A DNA stretch of 64,000 nt, taken from positions 1-64,000 of the forward strand of contig FLMG01000658.1 in NCBI GenBank assembly GCA_900088475.1, read 5' to 3'. The notes under the pieces were generated by a model. That model was given only the letters and a program-made list of their open reading frames with translations. It did not search any database and was not told the origin of the DNA. This DNA is from Hyphochytrium catenoides. Its lineage: Eukaryota; Protista; Hyphochytriomycota. The position numbers were made by a program, and so were the translations under genes. This document shows positions 23,401 through 35,420 of the stretch, in pieces. Numbering within the stretch: the first letter of the stretch is position 1; each line of letters begins with the position of its first letter.

Positions 23401-25839
23401 CCCCCAGGTTGTCGGTGGCTATCACTGGCGCTGCTGTGCCTGGGTACACAGGAGCTACATCACACGCTCCTGATACCAGGGTGCGCTGGAGTGAAGCAGG
23501 TAGATGACGCGGAAGAATCGTTCCGTGATGGGGTGTTTGACTCTCCTCTCAATGAAGATGACCTCAGCCTCTGCAACCAAGTGAAAGAGATTCTCTTACA
23601 TGCGTTCCCCTCGACGACAGAGGCACGCACTTTCACACGGAATGCAGCTCTGATCGATAGAATCGAGAAGCTCTTCGAGACATGGGAAGATTCCTATGGT
23701 TACGGACAGACCGCCGCAGTACCTGATCAGGAAAATGATGGAGAAGAAGAAATGCATGAGGAACGGCCCCTAGCGGCAGAGGAGAGTCAACCGTTGCAGT
23801 CCCAGAGAAATAATAACAGAGCAACCGCTACCGCACAAGTGACCACAGACGCTTGTCCAGTCGCTGCTCCCTTTCCTCACAGAGGGAACGATAACGTTAT
23901 TGAGCATGTACTGCCCACTGGTGACGGCTTGAAGCGTTGCCCGCTCTGTTCAGAGAGCTGTTCGAACATCTCACTACTTCTAAAGCACATGGAGGACAAA
24001 TCCACTCATGGTCTGGGGAAGGGCCAAATTGCAATAGCTCTGTATGGATCATTGACCAAATGCTCATTCTGTCCGTCCACAAAGCAGAAAGTGTACCTCC
24101 AGCCTTTGCAGCTACTGAATCATCTGACTAGTGCAGTCCACGCAATACCCCTGGCCGAAGCAAAAGAGAGTGTCGCTAATATCCTTTCCTTGAAGTCTGG
24201 CACCGCTGCAGAACGGCCGGTGCAAGCTATATATCATTCCAATGCCGGAGAAGGGACGCAGAAGACTGTTGCTGTCAGCGAAACCAAAGCTCTGGTAGCA
24301 CCTGTGACGAGAATGGCGGGTCCAGCTGTTGCACTTGCTCTAAGACAACAGCAGCCCTCAGCAACTGCTCGCCCTCATAGCGTGGGGAGGGATAACGTTA
24401 ATGAGCCTGTACTGCCCACTGCTGGAGTCCTGAAGCGGTGTCCACTCTGTTCACTGAGTTTTTCGACCATCTCACCCCTCGTAAAGCACATGAAGGACAA
24501 ATCCATTCATGGTCTGAAGAAGAGACAGGTTGCAATAGCTCTATATGGCTCACTGACCAAATGCCCAATCTGCCCCTCCACGAAGACGAAAGTGTACCTC
24601 AAACCGTTGCTGCTCCTGAATCATCTGACCAGTGCAAAGAACCATGGGATGCCCCTATGTGAAGCAGAAGGTATCGTCGCTAAGGTTCTTTCGTGTGCAA
24701 CGGCTGCAGAACTGCCAGCGCAGCCTACACAGCTGCAAGCAGGTGAAGGCATACAGCGTATTCCTGCGCTCAGCAAAAAGGAAGCACAACAACTAACCAC
24801 ACCAATTACAGCGAACGCGACTCCTACTCCTCAGTACGATCAGTCTCCAGCGCCTGTGGTCTCTGAAGGAGGGCGGGATCAGGTTATTGAACCTGTACTG
24901 CCCACTGCTGAAGGACAGAAGCGGTGCCCCCTCTGCTCAGAGAGCTATTCCACCATCTCGCTACTTCTAAGGCACATGAAGGACAAATCCACTCATGGTC
25001 TGAAGAAGGGTCAGATTGCGATAGCTCTGTATGGATCCTTGACCAGATGCCCAGTCTGCCCGTCAACGAAGACGAAAGTGTACCTCCAGCCTTTGCGGCT
25101 CTTGAGTCATCTGACCAGTGCAAAACACGGAACGACCGCCAGCGAAGCCGAAGGTATCGTTGCTAAGGTTCTCTCCATGGATTCCGCGCAAACGGCAAAG
25201 GCCCCATCATATATTCAGCCAGCAGGTGGAGAAGAAGAGACCCATGGAGCGGCAAATGGAGATCGGCCAGCTCCCTCCCACGTGAAAGACCCGGCACCTA
25301 TAAACGAGGAATTTTCTAACATTAAAATGCTGTTGGAGCACACGATAGATACTCATCGCATCGAACCCCAGACCGCCGCTATACTTCTATTTGGAGCATT
25401 GACTCGATGCCCTGTTTGTCCTTTGGCGAAGCAGGAGATATATCCGTCCCCTGAGAATCTCTTCGCTCATCTCCAAAGCTCAGCCCACGACCTGGCACGT
25501 GAAGAAGCCAAAGTAATGGCCCTGAAGGTCTTTTCCCTCTTACATTTGCGGACGGAGACTAAGTCACATGACTTAACTCTCTCTGCATCATCACTACCGC
25601 GGACGATACCTGCAACTACTCTGGCCTGTCCCTTCTGTCCATGGAAGACAGCCCGAAGAGACAGCCCAGCAACCAAAGTGCTGGGCACCATAAGCTGTCC
25701 CCGTTGCAGCAGCAAGGCGAAGAAGAAACTATACCGGGCACCCTACAGCCTCTCTTCGCACCTGCAGAGTGGGGTTCACAAGCTGCCAATGGACGAAGCG
25801 GATCGTATTGCGCAGGAAATGTTCTCTCCGTATCAATAG
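17402..25839 (+). CDS. Asteroid/FAM120-like PIN (FEN1/XPG family) nuclease + DExH/RHA RNA helicase + HA2-like region + C2H2 zinc-finger repeat array; exons 17402-17476, 17555-17666, 17732-20451, 20527-25839; ~2,739 aa
   Basis: PIN motifs MGVRGLQKFL, LYVDA, YGGSY, YFDG, EAD, EDSD, LLGNDY. Helicase motifs GETGCGKS, SQPRRIA, TTGYL, DEVH, MSAT, VFLPG, ATNAAESSITIPDV, QRAGRTGRV. Introns 17667-17731 and 20452-20526 are canonical GT-AG and join the three ORFs in frame (RFPLNIL|YARDIA); the in-frame intron 17477-17554 is probable. Confidence 0.9.
23890..25176 (+). repeat. Three ~300-bp coding repeats (starts 23890, 24391, 24877), each encoding two C2H2 fingers; two more degenerate copies follow to ~25830
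   Basis: Near-identical DNA and peptide units PVLPT..KRCPLCS..KHMKDKSTHGLKK.Q.AIALYGSLT.CP.CPSTK.KVYL.PL.LL.HLTSA..H. Confidence 0.95.
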
Positions 25840-26379
25840 TCACCTTCCTGGCTCTAGAATGACCATCAACTCGCTGCTGGTGCGGCAGGAGTGTCCGAGG
25901 CCAATGGCGTGAGAGATAAGAAAAGTCTAGGAGATGTCCACTCCTTCCAGCCGTGTGACTCTGCACTTCGCTGATTGCGGTTGCACAGAGTAGGAAGAAG
26001 AGTTACTAGAAAAGAGTATATCTTACACTTATTAAGCAGCTCTAGGGGGTAGATTGAGGTGTGACAAGTGAGACGCCGAGCCGGTAGCTGGCCGCACATG
26101 TCGCGCCGGCCGCGCGCTCTTGTCAGTTGCCATTTTTCTTATCCCCTATAATTAGGGCTAATGCCCTATACTGTTTGATGAGATAAGCTAACAAGCCGCT
26201 ATCACTCAATGAAGATCATGCAACTCAAACATTCTCATTTCTTCGGTAATACTCACATCCAACTCTCACTCTGATGGGCGTGTGACGTTTGCTTCCTGAA
26301 AGAGGGACAGTCTATCGGGCCTTGACTCTTGCTCGCCTTGACTGGAGAGAGGTTCGGACGGCTAATTGTCAAGGAGATA

Positions 26380-26710
26380 TCAGACTGTAGACGAAGAGAA
26401 AGCACCGGTTCTCTGAAAACCCTGACGACCCGAGCGGCCTGGCTATAAGAGCAAGAGCGTACTTCTCAGGCTCAAACGCTCAGTGCGACGTAGGGCTGAT
26501 GATGAGATGACCATTGATAGACGCTCAGACGAGTTACCCGAGAAAGATTTTTGGAAGATGGAGCGGGTATTATCTGCCCTGTGACTCTTAAAGTCCGCTG
26601 TCGATTCGATAGCTGGCTCTGAAGGCTTGGCAGGCAAGGTTATTCAGCGCCTCATGCGACTCCTAAGGCAGGAGAACCCGTTCCATGATTTTCCTTTTCT
26701 GTCTAGGTGA
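26380..26710 (+). mobile_element. Decayed hAT (DUF659-type) transposase fragment
   Basis: SLKTLTTR..W followed by SVLLRLKRSV...ELPEKDFWKMERVLSAL*LLKSAVDSIAG, resembling TRW..SLL.LK...DxxFWxxVExVLxLLxPL; contains a frameshift and a stop. Confidence 0.45.
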
Positions 26711-27806
26711 CACGCCCAGTGGGCCTATGAATTGCAGCTCCGCTCCTGCGAGCGTCTTTTGCACTTGATGATCGTAGGGACCTCAAAGCAGCAGCAGCCA
26801 TTCTTCTGAGCCGAGGTTGAGCTTCCCCAATACTTCTAACAGCTTCTAACTAAAGCTCTTTACCAAGTCCAAACCTTACTTCTCCCTAGGTAAGGCTTCG
26901 TCCTCTAATCTTCCCACCGCCGCCTGGCACCACCCAGTACTAGCTTCTCTCATTCTGTCCAAAGAAGTAGAGAGGACAGCTCCGTGTCCCTCATGCTAAG
27001 CGGCTCACAGCACGAACTCCAACCCTCTTCTTCCCCATCCTTGCGTCCACCGCATGTATTAGCGTTAGACCTTCCGCTTCCAAGCGCCGCTAGGAGAACA
27101 GACTGTCAGGAGCAAAAACCGATCGAACTCCTCGAGGCCGCGCCGCTGCTTCATCTTCCCTGCCCTGCTGCCGGTCATCGATCGATCGATGGGCCTCCTG
27201 ATGATTGATCGAGAGTCCACAGCTCGTTTATCTGTTTTGGCGTCTCCAAACCAAAGGCCATGTATTACTAATCCCTCTTCAAAAATAGAGACACCTTTTC
27301 TAGCTTCAACGGTGGCGTATTATTATGATGGCAAGCGTCACGGCCGGTCTCGATGCCCTCAAAGAAAGTTTTCTCTATCTGGCTCGTCATGGACCTGGGG
27401 CCTCCTCGGCCCGGGGGCGCTGCTGCAGCCTACTCTCCTCCTCCCACCTCCCACGCGGCGGCGCTGTCTCCTCTCCCTCATTGCCATCTTCCCTCTTCTA
27501 GCAGCATCGCTTTCCATCCTCCTTTTGCTCGTGGCGGGGACTGACCGGAGATTGAGATCTACAGGTGCATGGATGGAAAGGAGGGAGGGCTTCTCTGGTC
27601 AGACGCTGTGAGACCGCGATCTACTCCGTGAGCTGAAGCGTCCAGGAGGAAAGAAAGGCTAAGAGGAAGAACGAGACCCCATTGGGTGCTTGCATTGAGC
27701 ATTGACCAAGAAAGCACTTTGCCTTGCCATAGTGGAAGCACCAGGCTGCCTCCGACCGCCTCCAGGATGCCAAAGGCTTCTTGAGACTAGCGTTTCCCCG
27801 CTGAGC

Positions 27807-29364
27807 ATGGGAAATAGCTATTGCAAATCCTGGTGCTACGAAAGGACTGTGCGGAACAAAAAGCTGAAAGAGCCCCTGATGGCGCCCAACAAAAAGTCAA
27901 AGTCTGGCCATCTCAAGTCCAGCAACAAGGAAGACAGACTAGGACTAGCAAAACCTCTGACGGTAGAGGAGAAAGCCGAGGAGCCGACTACTTCGGCCGA
28001 AAGCAAGCTCCGGGACGCTTGTGAGGAGAAGAACGTTGACTATTCGGCTCTCATCCCTCTCATCCTCAAGGTCCAAGTCAAGTCAAAAGATCTGACAAGC
28101 TTTCTGCGGATCCTGGCGAAGTATGAGGCCGCTACGAAAGCCTATACTTTCTTCTTCAAGCACCAGTACAGCGAGGAAGACTTAGCCGAGCTGGTAGAGC
28201 TCAACGCTTATGCTGGCAACATCTTAGAAGCGGGGAGTCTCGCTACGCACGTTGCCTACGGTAAGGCTCCTTTGCAGAAGAGACTAAGCGGTATGCAGCA
28301 GTCTGAGGCGCTGTTCAAGCGAAGTCCCGACACGAGGTAAGATTATTGGCCTTGGCCAGATGTGGCACCTTCTGAAAAGCCATCTTCTTTCCCGTCTTGT
28401 CCTCGTTCCTCCTGCCAGTTTCCAGGCGGCGGCCTGTAATGATCAGATCTCCCTTCTAAGGGAGCAGAAGCTGTTAGAGGATCAGCTAGAGGTGCCAGGA
28501 AAGTTCATCGACTGCTCCCTTGTAGAAACCCTCGCCAACCTCATTCGCTACCAAGCTGCTGACAGTCGGTCACTAATAACCGCGAAAGCTCTCTGCCAAA
28601 AGTGCAACGTCAGTGAGCGGAGATTCTGGCTGATACTGGTGAACACGATGGCAGAGAGTGGCCAATGGTTGGAGTTGAAGGACATCCTGACACATTCTCG
28701 GGTCCCGATTCCTACTTCTGTTGTCGTCAGAATCTGCATGCGATATGAGAAGTGGAAGCTGGCCAAGGAACTGTCAAAGAAGCTCCCAACTAGGGGATTC
28801 GTCGACGAAGATAGGGTAAGATTTTTTGCGGCGCTGGCCACTTCTGTGCGCCCGTCAAGAATCTAACTTGCCCTACGGCGGGGATTGTAGGTAAAGAAGA
28901 TGATGCAAGAAGTGCTCCACAAACTTGAGACGATAGACGTGGAGAAGACGCCTGCGAAGAAGGAAGGAGAGGCATCGCCCAAGTCAGGCAAAAAGCGCGG
29001 AGGAGGAAAGAAGGATGCCTTACGAGAGGCTCAAGAGCCTCCGAGCCCTCCTAGCACCAAGAAGTCTTCCCATAAGGCGAGGGAAAAGGATCTCCCAAGC
29101 GAACCAGAGGAAATTGCTGGAAAGTCAGGAGAAGAAAGGGAAGGGCGAGAAGCATTGAGAAAGAAATCGTCTCGAAAGAAGAAGACACGGAAGGAAACTC
29201 AAGAAGATAATGAAGAGACTGAAGTTTCCCCTCGAAGCAACGGTGAGAGAGAGAGAGACAGCAGCTGTTCACCGGGTAAGGTAGGTGACAAGGCCGAAGT
29301 AGCTCCGACAAAGAGCAAACGTGGCAAGAAGGCCTCTAGGAAGTCGAAAAAGCAGGAGACCTAA
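27807..29364 (+). CDS. Vps16 C-terminal alpha-solenoid-like protein with a predicted N-terminal acylation motif and a Lys/Glu-rich tail; 3 exons (27807-28336, 28419-28815, 28891-29364), 466 aa
   Basis: FQAAACNDQISLLREQKLLE..KFIDCSLVETLANLI..AKALCQKCNVSERRFWLILVNTMAESGQWLEL matches Vps16_C; starts MGNSYCKSWC; both introns are GT-AG and in frame. Confidence 0.8.
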
Positions 29365-29692
29365 GACTACTAAGACAGCAACGGGCAAGCATCCTCATAG
29401 TGGTACACGCGCTGATTCGCTGACATTTAATGATACTCTTAGCAGTGTAAACGTCCACATACTTCCCTATCTCCACATAGAGAGAAAGAATCTAGGATAA
29501 ACTTCTCTTTGCCTTGTCTGTGACAACTCCTGCTCACACGCCTTCCATCCAAGATAGGGAGGAGTACGTGCATTTAGCGCACAGGGTTGGCATAGTGCCA
29601 CACGACCTGTAGATGTCTTCCAGACAGTACTTTTTTGAGAGAAAGGACAGACACACATAGAAGATAGCGGCTATTCACATTTGAAGGGAACA

Positions 29693-30664
29693 CTAATAGT
29701 GCTCAGAGTGACACTCCATGCATAAGAATAACGTGTCACTCTTCTGGCCAAACTCACAAGCGCTCGAGATCTTCTTGGTTGACAGCCATAGTGCCAACAG
29801 GTAAGCCTTGAACTCTTGAAGTACGCCACTGAAGAAACCTGTCACATCCTTGAACACACTGGGTAACTTGTACTTCGCCTGAGAGTTGTACAGCGAGTAG
29901 AGGAAGCCAAGGAAGTCCGACGTCGTGGCGTCTCTGATGTCTGGATCACTAAGAAAGAGGATGAAGCGCTCGAAGAACACTTCTACCAGGTGCACAGGGA
30001 CGGCAAGTTTGCTGCAGACAATCTGGCGAAAGTATGCAAAATAGCCCGGGATCTTCTCTAGCAGCGCATAGAGCTGGCTGAAAGTCAGCTCATACTGATA
30101 ATGCGTGCGCAGCTCGCCGAAGTAGTCCAGAGAGCGCCTTAAGAAGGACGATGTCGTTGCGTGAACATCGAAAAGACCTAATGTACTAGTGGAATAATGC
30201 CCCGCCGTTGACGCTGCATACTGCGGGAGCATTGGAGAAGGGGTAGGCAAAAAGCACTCGGTGTCCTCGAACTGCTGCCCGTCCAGTCCAAAATCGCTCT
30301 CATGCACTCGGGAGGCTACGGGCAGTGTGAAGTCCACACCATCAGCTTGTAGGTCAGGGACTGCATCTTCGTCATGTTGAATCAGATTCGCAAAGACATA
30401 TTCGCCACGGTAGCAGGGAACATCGCCAACGACCTCAGAGACGCTGGCGTACTGCTGTGTGCAGACAGAGTTCAGAGGTGTCTGGCAGTGACCCAGCACC
30501 TCTGGGCGTTCCTGAAAGGTTGAGTCTCTGTCTTCATAGCTAAAGATTGTGCCAGCGGAGGAAGAGGTGTCCTCTGACGATGACTTCTTTTTCTGCGAAG
30601 AAAGGGGCGGGCTGAAGCTGATAGATGTTTTAGATATCGTCCTCTTAAGTTTGTGCGCTGACAT
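29693..30664 (-). CDS. Hypothetical protein, 323 aa, with a disordered N-terminal half and a helical aromatic-rich C-terminal half
   Basis: Long ATG-initiated ORF with globular-looking C-terminal region; family not recognised. Confidence 0.7.
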   Translation of the reverse strand: MSAHKLKRTISKTSISFSPPLSSQKKKSSSEDTSSSAGTIFSYEDRDSTFQERPEVLGHCQTPLNSVCTQQYASVSEVVGDVPCYRGEYVFANLIQHDEDAVPDLQADGVDFTLPVASRVHESDFGLDGQQFEDTECFLPTPSPMLPQYAASTAGHYSTSTLGLFDVHATTSSFLRRSLDYFGELRTHYQYELTFSQLYALLEKIPGYFAYFRQIVCSKLAVPVHLVEVFFERFILFLSDPDIRDATTSDFLGFLYSLYNSQAKYKLPSVFKDVTGFFSGVLQEFKAYLLALWLSTKKISSACEFGQKSDTLFLCMECHSEHY

Positions 30665-33600
30665 CGCCCCTTTCGTCCCAACACGTCTTTCAGTGTAACA
30701 GGAGCAGTGAGCTAAATCTTCAGCTCAAGGAGTTTCAGCAGCTTCGCATGCTGTATCACACTTCTCACGGGCCATCAAGGGCCGCTCTCTAACGCTGACG
30801 CCACGCCCAGCAGAGCAGGTGAGCAAAAAGAGAAAGAAAATGACCTTCAATGACTGCCAGCGACAGTATCCTTTCCTTCCCAGTTCCTTGGTCCAATACC
30901 ACCCTCTTGCAAGCTTTGTGAAGCCGTCGTGGAGATCTGGAGCTCTATATTAAAAGGCAATGCCAATGAAAGCTGTCCCCGAACCGGGAGCGAAGCTTCA
31001 GTCTCTTAGAGAAAGAAGAATCAATGAGCTTCACATTTGTGGCGGATCATAGTTGGCGGGCTGGGCTTAGAAAGCTCAAGCCCTTTTGCTCTTTCTTTGG
31101 CTCCTCGTTTCTTCCTCGGCCCTCTGTCTGGCCGTGCTCCCTGCCTAACCCTTACAGTTTATTCCTCAATGGGGATATCTTCTATATCTCTGTCGTCCTC
31201 GGGCTGCCTCTGTTTTTGAAGACTGCCGTTTGCGTCGCTCTTGTACTTCGACTTGCAGAACGTCGATGTTAACCTTCCTTCCGCCTTCTTCCTTCACCAA
31301 ACTCTCCTCTCTCCCCCGTCACACTCTACCTCTCATGCACACAAACCCACCCCAACAGCACTCTTTCTCTTTTATCTTCTTTTTTTCTCTAAGTACTCTC
31401 CCTCTTAAATTATCACCACAATACATCTTTCAGATTGACTCTTCTTCTCTGCCTTCTCTGTTTCGTGGCTTGGTCTGCTCTGTCTCTTCCCTAAAGTGGG
31501 TGTGGGCACCTCGTAGAACTAAGGCCACACTTTGGACAGCGCTTCCCCTTTTGACTTGCAGCTGGGGCGGAAGGCCAAACTTCCAACACTGGTCCTGGGA
31601 TTTAGAAGGGTGCCTGCATCTAGCAAACCCTCTGTCTTGTTCTCTTAGGAATAACCCATTGTTTATACTAGTAAGTCTCACTGTGACCCTTCCCTTAAGC
31701 CTACTCTGTCTTTGGAGGTAGCCGAGCAGGTGGAAATGCTCATGGCCGTCCCTTCTCAGTTTATCCTCAGAGAGGGCCAGCCTGAGGATACACCGCATCT
31801 CCAACTCTATGGGGTTTTGCGGTGTCTAGTATTCCAGATAATATTCCGCTTATGCCCATTCTTTTTCAGCAGAAATACCCACCCACGTGGCCTACCCACC
31901 TATCAGATTGTTCCTTTTTGTGAACAAACACAACCAAACCAACCCTTGTTCTTCTCTTGGTTACCTCTGTCTCGTTAGCTTTCAACGCTTTTGACCTGGC
32001 ATGAAAACATCTCATCCATTACTCTGTCTCTCGCTGAGTTCCACTCCCTCATCCTCCCGCTTGCTTTCGATACCAAAGCTTCAAAAGTATCCTCTTCCGC
32101 CCACATTCCTCACCCACATCACACACACACCCAGCCCCAAACCCCCCTTCCGCCATCAGTCCTAGAATGTAGGTAGGACTGGCATGAAGAAGTCCAGCCC
32201 CTCCGTCCTCAATCACTCTGCGTTTGACCCTGGCAAGGCTGTCAGTCTGATTGGTGGACGGACTTGATGTCTCTGCTCCTCTTCCTTCACCCCCTCTCTC
32301 TCTCTTTCTCAACACAACTGCCAAGGTTCTCTGTATGTTAGAATACGGTACTACAGTGCTACAGATTCTTCCTAACAGAACAGATGACAGCTATTGCAGA
32401 TATTATTGTACAGATAACGCCTACAAGATAGTTATGGGGCACTTATATTGCATAAAGTACAGTACAGCAGAGAGCCTACAGAGCCTCGTGCTGTACAGCA
32501 AAACAGAAAGAATTGGCTGCAACTCTTGAACAGTTCTATTACCTTTATCCATTTTATTAGGGTTTACAAAGGATTACCCAAGGCGTACATAACCTTCAAG
32601 TACTTTATCACTTGTTCATCACAAAGAGGACGACAAGCAAAAATCGTCGGTTAGAGCTCTAGAAGTAAAGATGTCGTGGTTTCTACTCTTTTATAATAAC
32701 TTGGTTCTGCTTGTGGAGGAACAGGAGGTAGCACTGAGAGGGTAGGGTAGTAGTACATCATTTCAGACGCTCGGGAAAGTAGTTCTGGCGCTGATCCAGC
32801 CGGAAGAAGATCGTTTCAAAAGTGAAAAGGCAGGCAAAGAGAAAGTATAATGAGCTTCTTGTTCCTGCCTTTTTGTCGGCCCTCCCGCTGTAGTCGTTCT
32901 TCTTCTTCTATTTCAACCACAACATTTTTATCCTAACAAAGATGATGGCTAGGGGGACGAGCCTCGAGAAGAAGAGATGTAGGCTGAGGACGGCGGGCGA
33001 CATCATCATGGACGATAACCGTCCGTTGGCCAACAACAATAATAATAATGTCCTCGCTCCTGTCATCAGAGCATGCTGCATGATGATGCATGACTCTGTC
33101 TGGATGCTACCTGCTGCTTCGTTTGGCAGCTCTGCAACAACAACGGCACATCCATCATCATCATGAGCACAGGTTCTTTTCTGGTCCGGTCTAAAGTATA
33201 GAGTAGGAAGACACCCGAAGAAAGGCGACAAGGAAAACGTAGTAGTCATCGTACAAAAGGCCATGGATAAGTCGGAATAATGCTGTACCAGGAGAGACGA
33301 GGAGGATGAAGCTGCTGCCATAATAGTAGAAATGGTACACATCCTCCGCGAATGTAGCGGCCATCATCGCCTCGTCCGTTGGCTTCAGGCCATTTCCTTG
33401 CAAGAGAGTTATCTGGAAAAGATGGCGCCCGCCGATGATGTGACTCACTCATATTATGATGATAGCAGAACAGTAAGAAGGTAATTTTTGGCGCCTTCTC
33501 GTCCCTGTTGCCTTGTACCCGTCTGGCCTTCCAAGAATTTAAAGAGTTAACCAACCTAGCCCACAGACCATCGTAATAGGCGGTGGGAGGATGCTTCTTT

Positions 33601-34944
33601 TCCCAAAAGCATACTCTGGCTCTGATTGTACCACCCGTTCGTCAGGGCCAGCAGCAGCCATACAGGGGGTAGTAGATTGTGCCAGAGGCACAACCAACAA
33701 TCTACAACTCCATTTGTGTGGGGCAGTCACAGGAAGGCATCTTCCCTGATCGAAGATCATCACGCTCTCCTCATTCACTTACGCTACCCACCGTTGTTGG
33801 CTATTCTTCAACGACATCTTTTTTTATTGTCGCTCTAATCACTACTGGCTATACAGCAGGGCCGTTACCTTCAAGCCTACTACATCCATTCCCTGTATTA
33901 TTAGATTATATATCTCCCCTGTCACTCCCCATACTGCTTTCAGCAGCGGTTGTTTGCCTATAATAGATGTCTCCCTTCAGATAGAACCAGCAGACGACCA
34001 CCTGGAGTCCGCCCCAGCACAACGACCGAGGAGTCAACCACCACATTGTAGGAGGCATATGTGGGCAGAAGATTTAGCGCGCCTGCATAAGGAGAAATTG
34101 TCCTTAATTAGTTCACCAACAGGGAAGCGTTGGCTTCACTTTGCCGTCTGACCATCACGACAAAAGGACAAACAGCTTTACGACAACAAATGACGAATTG
34201 GACTGATGCTTACTTGTTGATAACTACTAGTCATCAGCAGCGGGACCTCATTAAGAAGCTCAGAGACTGTTCGTTGGAAGTAGCGCAGCAAAGAGAAGCA
34301 GCGAAGAATGGCCGCGCTCGTTCACTTCAATGTATGTATGCCTCTGTCAGTTCTCCGTACCACGGTACTCTGATATTTATAGCCTTCCGGATGATACTGT
34401 TTCCGATGATGTCCTGCTGGTGTCGACTACAAGTCCTGCTATTCTCTCTTCTCTTGAGAGGCGTTACTTAACTATAAAGGGCAAGAAATGGCGAAGGTTG
34501 TTAAAGAAGGATCCATGTACTGCTTCGCCTGCTGCTACTGGCATCACGCGCCATGCTGTGGTATATGGGAAAGGAGGACGGAGGAGGCGATGACTCCAAC
34601 CACACGACGGGAAGGTGGTCGCCTAGAACTCTTGTTTTTTATAGGAGGAGAAGATGAAAGCCTAAATAATATTGCTAGCATAGTAATTCCCCATGAAGAT
34701 TAGACCGAAGCAGTGGCATTCAGACGTTGGGGATCAGGATCTCAAGGAGGAGGCAGCAGGAGGAAGGAGTTGGTCACCACACGCTTAACAAGCCGTAGAA
34801 CATACTTAGTAGGGAAAGAGGGAGCTATTATGGCGTGTTATAAAGTCAAGAAGAAGCTTGTTGGGGCAGCCAGCTCGGGCGGGGAGGAGAGAAGGGAGGA
34901 ACGTTTGTAGTGGAACGGCCGACCACCACGGAGACAGGACGTAC

Positions 34945-35420
34945 AACATCAGCAGGAGGAACAAACAAGAGCAGAGGAGCTACAGCAGCAGCAGGAGCGC
35001 AGAAGAAGCAGAGAAGGGGCAGCAGGGAGGAGCAGCAGGATGCACCAGCCGCAACCGCAGCAGCAGGTGCTGGAGCAGGGGAAGAAGCAGTAGCAGCAGA
35101 GAACGGAAAAGTTGATACAGGAGCAGCAGGAGCAACAAGGTGCACAGGGGCGGCGGTAGGAGCAGAAGGAGCAGCAGCAGCCGCAGGAGCAGCAGCAGCA
35201 GCAGCGGCGATTGGAGACACAGCAGTCTGCTGCGGCAACGGCAACCGGAGTACCGATCAGCAGCAGCAGCAGGAGGAGCAGTGGCGGCGATGAAAGCGGC
35301 GACGGTAGGAGGACGAGCGGCTGCCGCAGCAGGATGATGAACAGCCACCACGGAAGCAGCGGCGAAAGGACGAGGAGGAGCAGCAACAACAAACAGGAGG
35401 ATGAGCGGCCGGGCAGCGCA
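34945..35420. repeat. (GCA)n-rich low-complexity tract
   Basis: Dense agcagcagc repeats; ORFs open in all six frames because of the composition. Confidence 0.85.

Noticed and set aside
17821-25839. Treating the 883-aa and 1757-aa ORFs as two genes, or calling the protein a DDX60/Ski2-like helicase
   Set aside because: A canonical 75-nt intron joins the two RecA halves in frame, and the motifs (QPRRIA, MSAT, QRAGRTGR, HA2) are DEAH/RHA type.
31024-32330. Exon/intron-like pyrimidine-rich segment with several ORFs
   Set aside because: Splice-like sites are present, but I could not assemble an open, meaningful frame.
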